Of a DNA stretch of 64,000 nucleotides, positions 28,521-38,117 are shown piece after piece. Each line of letters starts with the position of its first letter. Position 1 is the first letter of the stretch. Below the pieces are notes generated by a model, which was not told the DNA's origin, made no database searches, and was given only the letters and a program-made list of their open reading frames with translations. The position numbers and the translations under genes were made by a program. The stretch is from Marinosulfonomonas sp. (GTDB taxonomy: Bacteria; Pseudomonadota; Alphaproteobacteria; Rhodobacterales; Rhodobacteraceae). The stretch lies in the NCBI GenBank assembly GCA_051251595.1, contig JBPOFA010000016.1:10626-74625 (forward strand), written 5' to 3'.

Positions 28521-30407
28521 TTACGACCTAGGAATTCCCTTGCCCCGCATCAGCCGCTTTTGCGCGGCGATCCTGAATGGTGCGTTTGGGGCGCCGAAAC
28601 CGTCAAAGCGGCCACCGCGCTCGACGATTTCAAAGAACATGCCTTCTGCAAATGGCCGAGAGTAGAGCTGGAAAAAGGCGCCGTTTTCATCTTCGTCATA
28701 TAAAATGTTGTGCCGTTGCATGCTGGCCAATTGATCCGGTGCGATGTCAAATCTTGCGGTCAGGTCGGCATAATAGTTTGCGGCCATCGGCAGTGATTGG
28801 AACCCGATATCTGCCAGTTTTTGAGCAGTCTCAAAGATCTCACTGCATTCAAAAGCGACGTGTTGGACGGGCGCGCCAAAGCTGTCAGCAAGGAAAGATC
28901 CGGCGAAGGTTCTATGCGTCTCTGCCCCGTTTAGGGTGATTTGGAACCCTTCGGATGCCGCCCGCAGCGCCTGGCTGCGCACCAAACCATCCGGGTCGGT
29001 CACGTCCACCATCGGCGCTTTTTGCATCGCAAATAGTGAGGTGTAGAACAGCGACCAGCTGAGCATTTCATCATAGGACATGGTCTGCGCGATATGGTCG
29101 ATGCGCTTAAGGCCGACGCCTTGGGTGTCGGTGTCGGTCGCGACAAACTCTGTTGCCCAGACATCCGACAGGGATTGAGAGCCGTCCAGAAAATGCAGGA
29201 CACTGCCGCTGAGCCCACGAATGGCCGGGATTTCGATTTGTCCCGGGCTGAGGGGCTGGGAAAATGGCGCAGCCCCAAGCGCTTTGGCGCGTTCGACGGT
29301 GTCCTGAGCGGATGAAACCTCTAGCCCAATGTCATAGATGCTGGTGCCGCGTGTTGCATACATCGTCGCCGCAAGATCGTCGTCTTCTTCATTGATAAGA
29401 ATGCGGATCGCGCCTTGTTGCCACAGCGTTAAAGCCTTTGAGACATGCTGTCCCACTTGGGCAAAGCCCAAGGTTGAAATCAATTGTTCAAGTGCGCGCG
29501 CATCTGCGCCCTGGGCGGCAAATTCGATGAATGAAACGCCTTGAACATCAACATTGGCGGGGAGGGGGGGCAGATCAATTGCCAGAGTCGGTTCAGCGCG
29601 ACGCACATCGTCCATCAGGTTGATCAAGGAACGGTAACCATCACGGGCCACAGCTTTTGGGCTGCCCCCCCGAAACTGGTCGTTGAAGATTTCCAGGCTG
29701 ATAGGGCCTGAATATCCTGTCGCCATCAAGGCGCGGGTGAAGGCGGTGACGTCAAGGTCGCCTTCACCGGGCATGTTTCGAAAGTGCCGGGACCAATAGA
29801 GCAGGTCCATTTCAATGCGTGGGGCATCTGCGAATTGCGCAAAGAAAATCCGATCTCCGGGAATGCGTCGGATTGTGTCGGGATCGATGTTGCGGCCAAG
29901 GGTGTGGAAACTGTCCAGGATCAGGCCGATATTGGGATGATCGGCGCGGCGCACAATTTCCCAAGCGTCGCGATGGTCGTTGACGTGCTTGCCCCAGGCC
30001 AGGGCCTCATACCCGACGCGAATGCCTTGGGTCGCTGCGATCTCTCCCAATTGGGCGAAATCATCTGCGGTGCGATCGACGCCGCCCAGGCTTTGCGGAT
30101 GGACGCTGGAACAGAACAGCACAAGATCGGTGCCCAAGTCTTGCATCAGATCGAATTTACGCTTGGCCCGGTCAAAGGCCTTTTCGCGCAACTTGCCAGG
30201 AAGCCCTTCGAAATCGCGGAACGGTTGGAAAAGTGTGATCTCTAACCCGTGGTCGCGGATCATCTGCCCCACATCACGCGGGCTGCCGTCATCTGCGATG
30301 AAATCCTGTTCAAAGATTTCGACCCCGTCAAAACCCGCGTTCGAAATCGCTTCCAGTTTTTGGCGAAGATTGCCGGAAACCGACACGGTCGCGATTGATG
30401 TTTTCAT
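28521..30407 (-). CDS. 3-dehydroshikimate dehydratase-like fusion (xylose-isomerase-like TIM barrel + HPPD/VOC-like domain; QuiC1 type)
   Basis: ORF 28521..30482. The real start is ATG 30407 (MKTSIATVSVSGNLRQKLEAISNAGFDGVEIF), which overlaps the upstream stop as ATGA. The 628-aa two-domain architecture matches Pseudomonas QuiC1-type enzymes. Confidence 0.75.
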   Translation of the reverse strand: MKTSIATVSVSGNLRQKLEAISNAGFDGVEIFEQDFIADDGSPRDVGQMIRDHGLEITLFQPFRDFEGLPGKLREKAFDRAKRKFDLMQDLGTDLVLFCSSVHPQSLGGVDRTADDFAQLGEIAATQGIRVGYEALAWGKHVNDHRDAWEIVRRADHPNIGLILDSFHTLGRNIDPDTIRRIPGDRIFFAQFADAPRIEMDLLYWSRHFRNMPGEGDLDVTAFTRALMATGYSGPISLEIFNDQFRGGSPKAVARDGYRSLINLMDDVRRAEPTLAIDLPPLPANVDVQGVSFIEFAAQGADARALEQLISTLGFAQVGQHVSKALTLWQQGAIRILINEEDDDLAATMYATRGTSIYDIGLEVSSAQDTVERAKALGAAPFSQPLSPGQIEIPAIRGLSGSVLHFLDGSQSLSDVWATEFVATDTDTQGVGLKRIDHIAQTMSYDEMLSWSLFYTSLFAMQKAPMVDVTDPDGLVRSQALRAASEGFQITLNGAETHRTFAGSFLADSFGAPVQHVAFECSEIFETAQKLADIGFQSLPMAANYYADLTARFDIAPDQLASMQRHNILYDEDENGAFFQLYSRPFAEGMFFEIVERGGRFDGFGAPNAPFRIAAQKRLMRGKGIPRS

Positions 30408-31255
30408 TGGATACCCCCGGTGCGCTGCAAATCCTGGCGCAGTTGGATCTCGTTGATCGGGCGCTTTGTGAAAAGAGCCCAAGCATGGACGCCCTGGTGG
30501 AAAAACAGTTCCCAGCCTGAAATGAACTGCAGCCCTTGCTGCACAGCATCAGACGAAAACTGTGTGTCGACAGGTGTGTAAACGGCATCAAAGGCCCAAG
30601 CCGCGCCTGACATTTGGCTTGCGGGCAGGGGGGTGCCTTCGGACCCCACCATGCCGACGGGTGTGCAATTGATCAGGCCAGCCGCCCCCGTGGCGCATGT
30701 GTCCAAAGTGTCTGCCGTTGTGATGTTGACGTCCGGCGCTGCGGTTTTCAGGGCGGTTGCAAGCTCTTTTGCCTTGCTGATGTCCCGATCCATCAGACAA
30801 AGGTCTTTGGTCCCCAGTGCTGCAAGCCCGAAGGCAACAGCCCGTCCAACGCCGCCTGTCCCGATCAGCAGGACAGGGCCTGTTTCTGCTTCGCCACGCG
30901 CGGCGCGATAGGCGGCGATGAAACCGGAATAATCGGTGTTGTACCCGACGGCACCATCCACCTCGAAGACGACGGTGTTTGTGGCCCCAATGGCGCGGAC
31001 CAGCGGATCATCTATCCGCAACATCTCTACCACGGCTTCTTTGTAAGGGTAGGTGACGTTGATGCCGCGATAGCCGGTATTGCGGCAATGCTGGAACACT
31101 TGCTTTAGCGACATCCCCAGCTCTGCCGGGACCAACCGATCATAGGTCACCGAAAGGCCATTTTGCGCGCCAGCCAGCCGGTGCAGTCGCGGCGAAAGCG
31201 ACTGTGCGATATTGTCGCCGATCAGGCCGAGCTGGAGAGTTGACGCAGAAAACAT
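30404..31255 (-). CDS. Shikimate/quinate dehydrogenase family protein (AroE/YdiB-like)
   Basis: 283 aa with N-terminal LGLIGDNIAQSLSPRLH and Rossmann motif LLIGTGGVGRAV. Confidence 0.85.
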   Translation of the reverse strand: MFSASTLQLGLIGDNIAQSLSPRLHRLAGAQNGLSVTYDRLVPAELGMSLKQVFQHCRNTGYRGINVTYPYKEAVVEMLRIDDPLVRAIGATNTVVFEVDGAVGYNTDYSGFIAAYRAARGEAETGPVLLIGTGGVGRAVAFGLAALGTKDLCLMDRDISKAKELATALKTAAPDVNITTADTLDTCATGAAGLINCTPVGMVGSEGTPLPASQMSGAAWAFDAVYTPVDTQFSSDAVQQGLQFISGWELFFHQGVHAWALFTKRPINEIQLRQDLQRTGGIQ

Positions 31256-31557
31256 GCAAATTTCCTTTGGGGCATTTTGACCGAGGTGTTTTGACTTAGA
31301 TGAACAGTATCATCGGGCGCCCCTAAAGATGCCCTTGCTGTAGTATAACGTCAAATGCCGTTTTGTATGTTTTATTAACTTTGGGTTATTTCAGTGCTGG
31401 GGGAGGCCGCGTGAACTGGCGCTGATGGCAACACTGGCTTTTTCAGTTAGAGGCGGGTGCGTGGTTGCTTTGCGGACAAAGCACCACTTCGCTGGATCTG
31501 CGCCAAGGGCTGCTTTCTCAATCGGGAACTGACAAACAATCTGGGGAAAGATACACG

Positions 31558-31570
31558 CAATGAACTTTGC
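31558..31570. repeat. Left copy of a 13-bp inverted repeat (CAATGAACTTTGC) bounding the AT-richer cassette
   Basis: Exact reverse complement of 35349..35361. It lies 50 bp beyond the 3' end of the CPT-like gene. Confidence 0.5.
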
Positions 31571-31620
31571 AAACTACCGAAATGGTGGCGCAGCAGCGAA
31601 TGGCGGCTAAGAGCCCAAAC

Positions 31621-32175
31621 CTACCCGCGCCCCTTATCTTTTACTGCGAACTCAGACTGTCTAACGCCAGAACGCCAGCATTCCAAAATTGACTCTGCAT
31701 TTTCTACTACGCTTGCTTCGCTGTTCACTTCGATATCGTAGACGCGACCAGAATGGACGGTATGAAAGTCTTGTTCGGCACTGCCTATAGGACGGTCACC
31801 TCGAGCTAGCTCGCGAATTTTCAGTTCGTCCAATTCGCAATGCAATCCCACAAAGAAAACATCGAACGGTGCTAGCAAATTCTTCAACTTAGGAACCCAT
31901 TCAGGCGTGTCCAGAATATGTTCGACAATCAGGTTGTTACCTGCTTTGGCATATGAAGCTAGCGAAGCGTGAAAGCCATCAAAGAAGGGCTTACGCAAGT
32001 CAGACCAAAGGAACTCTTCTCGATTTATTCGTTCAGTCGGCAGAACGCCGCTGTCGCGCAGGTGATCTATTGAGATATGCAAGAACGGGACCTCAATCAA
32101 TCCTTGGATCGCCTTTGCTGTTGTGGATTTTCCGCTACTTGAAGGGCCGTGCAGGATAATGATCTGACCATTCAT
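31621..32175 (-). CDS. Chloramphenicol phosphotransferase-like (CPT family) P-loop kinase
   Basis: N-terminus MNGQIIILHGPSSSGKST. The motifs RELARGDRPIGSAEQ and VYDIEVNS parallel the RETARGDRVAGMAAKQ and EYDVEVDT segments that I recall from Streptomyces CPT. GGGAGG lies 5 nt before ATG 32175. AT-richer than the core genes. Confidence 0.7.
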   Translation of the reverse strand: MNGQIIILHGPSSSGKSTTAKAIQGLIEVPFLHISIDHLRDSGVLPTERINREEFLWSDLRKPFFDGFHASLASYAKAGNNLIVEHILDTPEWVPKLKNLLAPFDVFFVGLHCELDELKIRELARGDRPIGSAEQDFHTVHSGRVYDIEVNSEASVVENAESILECWRSGVRQSEFAVKDKGRG

Positions 32176-32340
32176 CACGGCCTCCCAAGATGTCGATGTG
32201 GCTACAGTTTTACATTGTCATTGGCCAAAGGGGAACAACAGACAACACAAGAACAACAGGCATAACAGTTTGAGCGCGTATCGGAAGCATGAGTCAGAAA
32301 ATTACTAGACACATGACACTATGTCATTTTATTTGACAGT

Positions 32341-33012
32341 ATGTCAGTTATTCAAGGCACACCAAGAATCCGTCGCGACTTGCAACCCAGCAAGTCCGCC
32401 CTGACGCGTTCACGGATACTGGATGCGGGCCATGAGTTCCTTGCGACGCGGCCATTTCGCGAAATGTCGGTTGGCGCTCTTATGAAGAATACGGAGGTTA
32501 GTCGCCCAACCTTCTATCAATACTTCAAGGACGTTCATGAATTGATGGAGGCGCTGCTTGAAGAGGTGAAGAGCGGTATCCTAGAGGGTGCGCAGGCGTG
32601 GTTTGCAAATGAAGGCGAACCGCTTGCAGAACTTCAAAAAAGCCTCTCAGCACTCGTTGAGGTGGGAGTCTCCCACGGAAGTATCTTGAAGGCAGTGGCG
32701 GATGCAGCCCCCGGCGATGCGCGGCTCGAAGCGGCGTGGAATACCTTTCTCGCGTCATTTGACGATGTTGTGGCCTCGCAGATCACGCACCACCAGTCAT
32801 TGGGCATTACCCCCAAGTTTGATCCGCTGCCGGTGGCGTACGCGCTGAACCGTATGGATGCGGGCGTCCTGATCCATGCATTCGGCACCCAGCACAAGGC
32901 CGACAAGGCAGAGGTGCTAAGCGCCATCACGCAGATTTGGATTTCGACACTCTACCCGGACTATCCGGAAAGCCGGACCCATCGCGAAGATCGAGTCAGC
33001 AACAAAACTTAG
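32341..33012 (+). CDS. TetR/AcrR family transcriptional regulator
   Basis: N-terminal HTH region ILDAGHEFLATRPFREMSVGALMKNTEVSRPTFYQYF followed by a helical ligand-binding domain. Confidence 0.85.
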   Translation: MSVIQGTPRIRRDLQPSKSALTRSRILDAGHEFLATRPFREMSVGALMKNTEVSRPTFYQYFKDVHELMEALLEEVKSGILEGAQAWFANEGEPLAELQKSLSALVEVGVSHGSILKAVADAAPGDARLEAAWNTFLASFDDVVASQITHHQSLGITPKFDPLPVAYALNRMDAGVLIHAFGTQHKADKAEVLSAITQIWISTLYPDYPESRTHREDRVSNKT

Positions 33013-33046
33013 GACAACTCCCTAAATTCATTGAAAGGAAAAATGA

Positions 33047-34066
33047 ATGAAACCGACTATAAGAACAATCGCGCTAACGGCCTCTGGCAGTCTCCTTGCT
33101 TTCGTTTCAGCGGCGCAAGCGGACCAAGTGACAGTCAACATGGACAACTATCCAGTTGTCGAAACGAACCGTCAAATGGGTGTTACATTAAAAGCCGCCG
33201 GTGACATAAACATGTTCACACATAACCGAAATGTGCCCCCTGTCGACGATCAACCCGTAATCCGTATGAACCGGGACACTCTTTATTCTAGGGCCGTCGT
33301 CAACGCCTCTATGGGCGCACATGTGACTATACCCGACGCCGGAGATCGCTATATTTCCCTAATGTATCTCGATGACAACCATCGGGTCTACGACATGGTT
33401 TATGGGCCGGGGAAACACGGCATTCCGGCCTACAGTGACTTCATGTGGGTTCTTGTCCGAATTGGTGTCGAGTCCGGTGACGCGGCGGACCTTGCCGAAA
33501 TCAACGCGCTTCAGGACATGCTTGAAATAAATGCAGCCAGTGACGCCCCCTTTGCCCCTATTGACTACGACCAACAGTCTCTTGAACAAACCCACGCTGC
33601 AATTCTCGAGAAGTTTGCGGCTTCAGGGATTTTGGACACCGAACAGATGTTCGGAACCGAGGACTACACCGATCCAGACCGGTATCTGATGGGGTCGGCC
33701 ATTGGCTGGGGCGGTGCGACATGGAAGGACAATATCTATCAGTTCTCCAAGTTTTTCGAGGGTGAGGAATGCCAGTCCACAACTTTTGAAGACCCAAATA
33801 ACGTCGGCGGTTTCTGGTCGGTGACCGTCTACGACAAAGATGGCTTCATGTTTGATGAAGTTGCAAATGTAAATTCCAACGTTGCGACGCCAAATGACGA
33901 CGGCACGTTTACAGTTCACTTCGGCTGTGGCGACGATGCGGTGAACAACATTCCGGTAAAGAACGATACCGGCGCTTGGAACGCGGCCATGCGTCACTAC
34001 ACCCCGTCAGATGCGGTTGCGAGCGGTCAGATCAAGCCTTTGCCCGACATCGCGCCGGTAAAGTAG
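33047..34066 (+). CDS. Secreted DUF1254/DUF1214-like protein
   Basis: Signal peptide MKPTIRTIALTASGSLLAFVSAAQA. RMNRDTLYSRAVV...GDRYISLMYLDD resembles DUF1254, and FWSVTVYDKDGFMF...DDGTFTVHFG resembles DUF1214. Function unknown. Confidence 0.55.
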   Translation: MKPTIRTIALTASGSLLAFVSAAQADQVTVNMDNYPVVETNRQMGVTLKAAGDINMFTHNRNVPPVDDQPVIRMNRDTLYSRAVVNASMGAHVTIPDAGDRYISLMYLDDNHRVYDMVYGPGKHGIPAYSDFMWVLVRIGVESGDAADLAEINALQDMLEINAASDAPFAPIDYDQQSLEQTHAAILEKFAASGILDTEQMFGTEDYTDPDRYLMGSAIGWGGATWKDNIYQFSKFFEGEECQSTTFEDPNNVGGFWSVTVYDKDGFMFDEVANVNSNVATPNDDGTFTVHFGCGDDAVNNIPVKNDTGAWNAAMRHYTPSDAVASGQIKPLPDIAPVK

Positions 34067-34354
34067 GGCACGATTCGGACGAGAAGACAGGCGGAGGCAG
34101 TTATGCCTCAGCCTTTTATGGCAACAGCAAGCGGGGATAGAGAAACTGGGAGGTGTACGGTCGGCAAGATCATAAACTCTGTAGCGAGTGCTGACGAGTT
34201 AGCACTATGGGCTTGAAGCGATCGACCAAGTCAGCAGTCTTCACACAACCTACGCTTGTGAGACACAAACCATTTGCAACAGCTTTTTTTGATTTTGGCA
34301 CGTATTTGGCCGCCGTCGCCAAACCAGACATTCGCTAACCCGCAGCATTCCTTC

Positions 34355-35320
34355 AATTTGGGCTTATTTTGTTGAAAAACTCTTCCTTGATCGAGGCATG
34401 ATGTGCTGAATCAATTCCCTTATCGAACGGAAGGATTGGCCGATGTTAGGGCCTAGGCAAGAGGCACAGGCGGCTTTGTTCTACGAGTTTTCACTGGAAG
34501 ATCACGTCCCTCAAGATCACCTGCTGCGTTCGATTGATCGGTTTGTTGACCTGAGCGACATCAGACAGTTTTTGGCTGAGTTTTACAGCCACACAGGTCG
34601 CCCATCGATTGATCCTGAGCTGCTGATCCGGATGCTGCTGGTGGGGTACTGCTTTGGAATCCGGTCTGAACGTCGGCTGTGTGAAGAGGTGCATTTGAAC
34701 TTGGCGTATCGTTGGTTTTGTCGCCTCGACCTGTCTGATCCGATACCAAACCATTCGACCTTCTCAAAGAACAGACATGGGCGTTTCCGGGAAAGCAAAC
34801 TGCTGCGACATCTGTTTGAGAAGACCGTCGCTCGCTGCATCGAAGAAGGGCTCGCCAGCGGGCAGCGTATGGCAGTCGATGCCAGTCTGATTGAAGCGGA
34901 CGCCAACAAACAGAACTCCACTCCAAAGAAAGAATGGGATGCGTCGACCATTGATATCGCTGATGCGCGCAAGATCACCCGCGAGGAGCACGAAGATGCG
35001 CGTCAAGTCGCCAGGGATCTGGCCAAAACCGAAGAGTACCAGATTGCGATGAAGCTCAGAAAGAAAGTTGAGATGCTCTTTGCCCACCTCAAACGCATTC
35101 TCGGGCTGGGACGATTGCGATTACGCGGCCCATGCGGTGCAAAGGACGAATTTCTCCTCGCCACCACCGCCCAGAACCTCCGCAAACTCGCCAAGATCCT
35201 TCCTGCACCGCAGCAACCGCGCAAAGCCTGACAAGGAGGGCGCTCGCCCATCGTTCAGAGCGCTAATTTCTGCGCCCGCAACACATTGTTTTTCAACAGA
35301 ATCGGCTCTTAGCCGAAATT
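34355..35320 (+). mobile_element. Internally deleted IS5/IS1182-family insertion sequence remnant
   Basis: Imperfect terminal inverted repeats: AATTTGGGCTTA...TGTTGAAAAAC (34355-34380) versus GTTTTTCAACA...TTAGCCGAAATT (35288-35320). They enclose a 262-aa transposase relic. At about 0.97 kb it is too short for an intact element of this family. Confidence 0.6.
34443..35231 (+). pseudogene. IS5/IS1182-family transposase lacking the central DDE region
   Basis: The N-terminal InsH-type domain (GRPSIDPELLIRMLLVGYCFGIRSERRLCEEVHLNLAYRWFCRL) is joined almost directly to the conserved C-terminal tail (KVEMLFAHLKRILGLGRLRLRG). Intact family members are much longer. Confidence 0.65.
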
Positions 35321-35348
35321 CGCTACTGCGGCAGAGTCTAGATGGCTC

Positions 35349-35361
35349 GCAAAGTTCATTG
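35349..35361. repeat. Right copy of the 13-bp inverted repeat (GCAAAGTTCATTG)
   Basis: Exact reverse complement of 31558..31570. It overlaps a local palindrome TTCATTgAATGAA and lies 29 bp outside the IS remnant. Confidence 0.5.
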
Positions 35362-35499
35362 AATGAATTTCTCCCGAGATTGGCGGAGTTTTGACGATGT
35401 CTGCAAGCTGGGCGTCAGCGGGCGCGCGCGTGCATTTTGCGTGAATGCAGCCCCAACCTCTTGGCCAACACCAAACATATTCTGATGAATGGTCCTGCC

Positions 35500-36417
35500 C
35501 TAGGCGCGGGTCTGCCAATGGGTTGACGCCTCTGACAATTCTTTGCGGAATTGCCGGATCGCGTAGTCGGAAAAATTCGACATGACGCGGCCCTTTTTGG
35601 ACACAGAATATATCGTGATCGGGGCGCTCTTGACCAACGGACGGCGGACCAATCCGGGCATGTAGACTTCTGCCACAGAGAATTCGTCGATCAACGCCAC
35701 GCCCAGACCATGGCGCACCAGGCTGACCACGGTTTGGGCGAAACGTCCGCGCATTGAATAAGTCGGGTCGATCCCTGCATCGTGAAACGGTTTGGCTACG
35801 ATCGCCCCGTAAGGGTCGTCCTCATCGACGCCGATCAGGGATTCTTTGGCCACGTCCTCTACCCTCAGTTCATCTTGCTGGGCCAGCTTATGTCCCTCTG
35901 GCAAAATGGCCACGATTTTACCGGTGGCGATTTCAGTGTTTTCAATCGCCGGGTTTTCAAGCGCAGAGCTCATGATCACGAACTCGCCGCGCTCTAGCAA
36001 CAGATAGTCCAGCGTTTCCTCGATCTTCAGGATGTTCAGGTCAATAAACAGATCGGGATAGCGCCGCCGGATGGTGCGCGTGGCGCGCGCGGCGATGAAT
36101 TGCGCGACCGAAGGGGCAGAGGCAAAGGACAGCCGGACGTCTTTCCCTTTCTTTAGAGAGCCGAGTGCGTTTTGCAGGTTTCCGACACCCTTGTAGACTT
36201 CGCGGATCTGGTCAAAGACCGGCCCCGCTTCAACGGCGGGAACGAACAGCCCTGCACGCCGTTCGAAAAGCCGGATGCCAAGGGATTCTTCGGTATGTTT
36301 GATCAGGCGGCTTACCCCGGGTGCGGAGACGCCCAGATGTTCTGCGGCCCCGTTGATTGTGCCGCGCAGCATCAGGGCCTGGATCATTTCAACCTGACGA
36401 AGTGTAATATCGTGCAT
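35500..36417 (-). CDS. LysR family transcriptional regulator
   Basis: N-terminal HTH LRQVEMIQALMLRGTINGAAEHLGVSAPGVSRLIKHTEESLG plus a LysR substrate-binding domain. Divergent from tctC. Confidence 0.9.
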   Translation of the reverse strand: MHDITLRQVEMIQALMLRGTINGAAEHLGVSAPGVSRLIKHTEESLGIRLFERRAGLFVPAVEAGPVFDQIREVYKGVGNLQNALGSLKKGKDVRLSFASAPSVAQFIAARATRTIRRRYPDLFIDLNILKIEETLDYLLLERGEFVIMSSALENPAIENTEIATGKIVAILPEGHKLAQQDELRVEDVAKESLIGVDEDDPYGAIVAKPFHDAGIDPTYSMRGRFAQTVVSLVRHGLGVALIDEFSVAEVYMPGLVRRPLVKSAPITIYSVSKKGRVMSNFSDYAIRQFRKELSEASTHWQTRA

Positions 36418-36575
36418 GATGCAAATGCTCTATTGGGTTAACGTAATGTTATGAATGCAGCAAAAACAGCAATTGAAGTTCAGAGCTACTTAACGCTAAT
36501 CTTACCTGTGGGCAACTTTATCCATTTGCCACAGAGATTTATGAGGAAAGCGGCGCCGCCGCATTGGGAGGAACT

Positions 36576-37571
36576 ATGAAAATGACTTGGATGGGTGCCG
36601 TTGCGGCGCTCTTGATGACGGGGTCAGCTGTATCCGCACAACAGTTCCCTGAGCGTGAGCTGCTTGGTGTTGTGATGTGGGGCGCAGGTGGCGCGACTGA
36701 CACGGTTGCGCGCGCGATCAACCCTGCGGCCGAAGAGGCTTTGGGCAAATCAATCGTCGTCTTGAACAAATCCGGCGGGGCCGGCGCGATTTCAACGGCT
36801 TACGTGAATGCAGCCCCGGCGGACGGGTACACATTCCTTTACGGGGCAGAGAACCCGCAGCTGCATCCCATCATGGGCGTGGCTGATCTGGATTATTCCA
36901 AGTTCACCCCGATCAATATCCTGGGCCGTGGTGTTGCTGTGATCGTGGTCCCGGCAGAGTCTAAATACCAAACGATGGCTGATCTGATGGCCGATATCGA
37001 GGCCAATCCGGGTGCTGTGATCATGGGCTCTACCGGGCCTGGCGGCTTGCCAAGCACGATTGGCGCATTGATCGCCAATTCCGCCCCGTTTGAGGTTACT
37101 GCGATTCCATTCGACGGCGAGGGCCCCGGTCTTACGGCCATGTTGGGCGGCGAAGTTGACTTTATGCCTGCAGGTATCTCTGCGGCGGCAGAGCAGGTTA
37201 AAGCGGGCAAAATGCGTGCCCTTGCTGTGGTCAACACAGAGCCGGTGGACAGTTTGCCAGAAGCACCCGCGATCACGGATGCAATCCCTGACATGGCGAA
37301 CCTTTTGCCATGGGGCCCGTTTTACGGTGTCTTCGTGCGTCAGGACACGCCAGATGATGTTGTGGCCACATTGACAGAGGCCTTCACAACCGCGGCTGAA
37401 AGCGAAACATTTACAACGCTGATGGCCAACCGCGGGAACATCGTGATGAACATGTCCGGCCAAGAAGCTGTCGATTTCCTTGTTAAGTGGCAGCAAGCCA
37501 CGGCTTGGGCATTGCAAGACACTGGGGCGGCCAAAGTCAGCCCCGAAACCTTGGGCATCCCACGTCCATAA
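36576..37571 (+). CDS. tctC: Tripartite tricarboxylate transporter substrate-binding protein (TctC/Bug family)
   Basis: Signal peptide MKMTWMGAVAALLMTGSAVSAQQ and a Bug-family sized mature protein, followed by tctB and tctA. GGGAGGA upstream; ATG 36576 or 36582. Confidence 0.85.
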   Translation: MKMTWMGAVAALLMTGSAVSAQQFPERELLGVVMWGAGGATDTVARAINPAAEEALGKSIVVLNKSGGAGAISTAYVNAAPADGYTFLYGAENPQLHPIMGVADLDYSKFTPINILGRGVAVIVVPAESKYQTMADLMADIEANPGAVIMGSTGPGGLPSTIGALIANSAPFEVTAIPFDGEGPGLTAMLGGEVDFMPAGISAAAEQVKAGKMRALAVVNTEPVDSLPEAPAITDAIPDMANLLPWGPFYGVFVRQDTPDDVVATLTEAFTTAAESETFTTLMANRGNIVMNMSGQEAVDFLVKWQQATAWALQDTGAAKVSPETLGIPRP

Positions 37572-37631
37572 CGCTTATCGCACCGGCCCGTCCTGATTTG
37601 GGCCGGTGCATCTGTTTTTCCCGGGAATATC

Positions 37632-38117
37632 ATGATGTCCAAAGAGGCCACCCGCAGGCCCGGAGAGCTTTTGTTTTCCGTGATCCTTGTCGTTTTTTCC
37701 GTCGCAGCTTTTTGGCAGGCTTATTCGATTTCTGGTTTCACCGGAAAGACCACGCCCGGGGTGTTTCCGATGCTTGCCTCTGGGGTGATGACCGTATCGG
37801 GGCTTTTGATCCTGATCTCGACGGCGCGTACGCCGCCTGATATGAGCGACGCAGCTGGCTTTTTCACCAAGGTTCTGTCGCGCAACCATATCGTGCTGAT
37901 CGGATTGGTTCTGGGCTATGTCGTCTTGATGCCGTTGCTTGGGTTCATCGTCAGCTCTGCGTTGTTTTTATTCTGCGCGTTTCAGTTTTTGTGGCGTAAG
38001 AGCCCATTGGTCACGCTGGCGCTGACGGCCCTTACATTGGCTGTGATCTACATCATATTCCGCGAAGTGTTTCAGGTCGTCCTGCCGCAAGGCAGTTTGC
38101 TGCGGGGACTGTTCTAA
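37632..38117 (+). CDS. tctB: Tripartite tricarboxylate transporter small membrane protein (TctB family)
   Basis: 161 aa with four hydrophobic helices, positioned between tctC and tctA. Confidence 0.75.
   Translation: MMSKEATRRPGELLFSVILVVFSVAAFWQAYSISGFTGKTTPGVFPMLASGVMTVSGLLILISTARTPPDMSDAAGFFTKVLSRNHIVLIGLVLGYVVLMPLLGFIVSSALFLFCAFQFLWRKSPLVTLALTALTLAVIYIIFREVFQVVLPQGSLLRGLF

Noticed and set aside
36432-36534. LysR T-N11-A box (ATTGGGTTAACGTAAT) and imperfect repeat CTGTGGGCA-N12-TGCCACAG upstream of tctC
   Set aside because: Both are imperfect, and such patterns arise easily in AT-rich promoter DNA. It is plausible, but I cannot support it beyond position.
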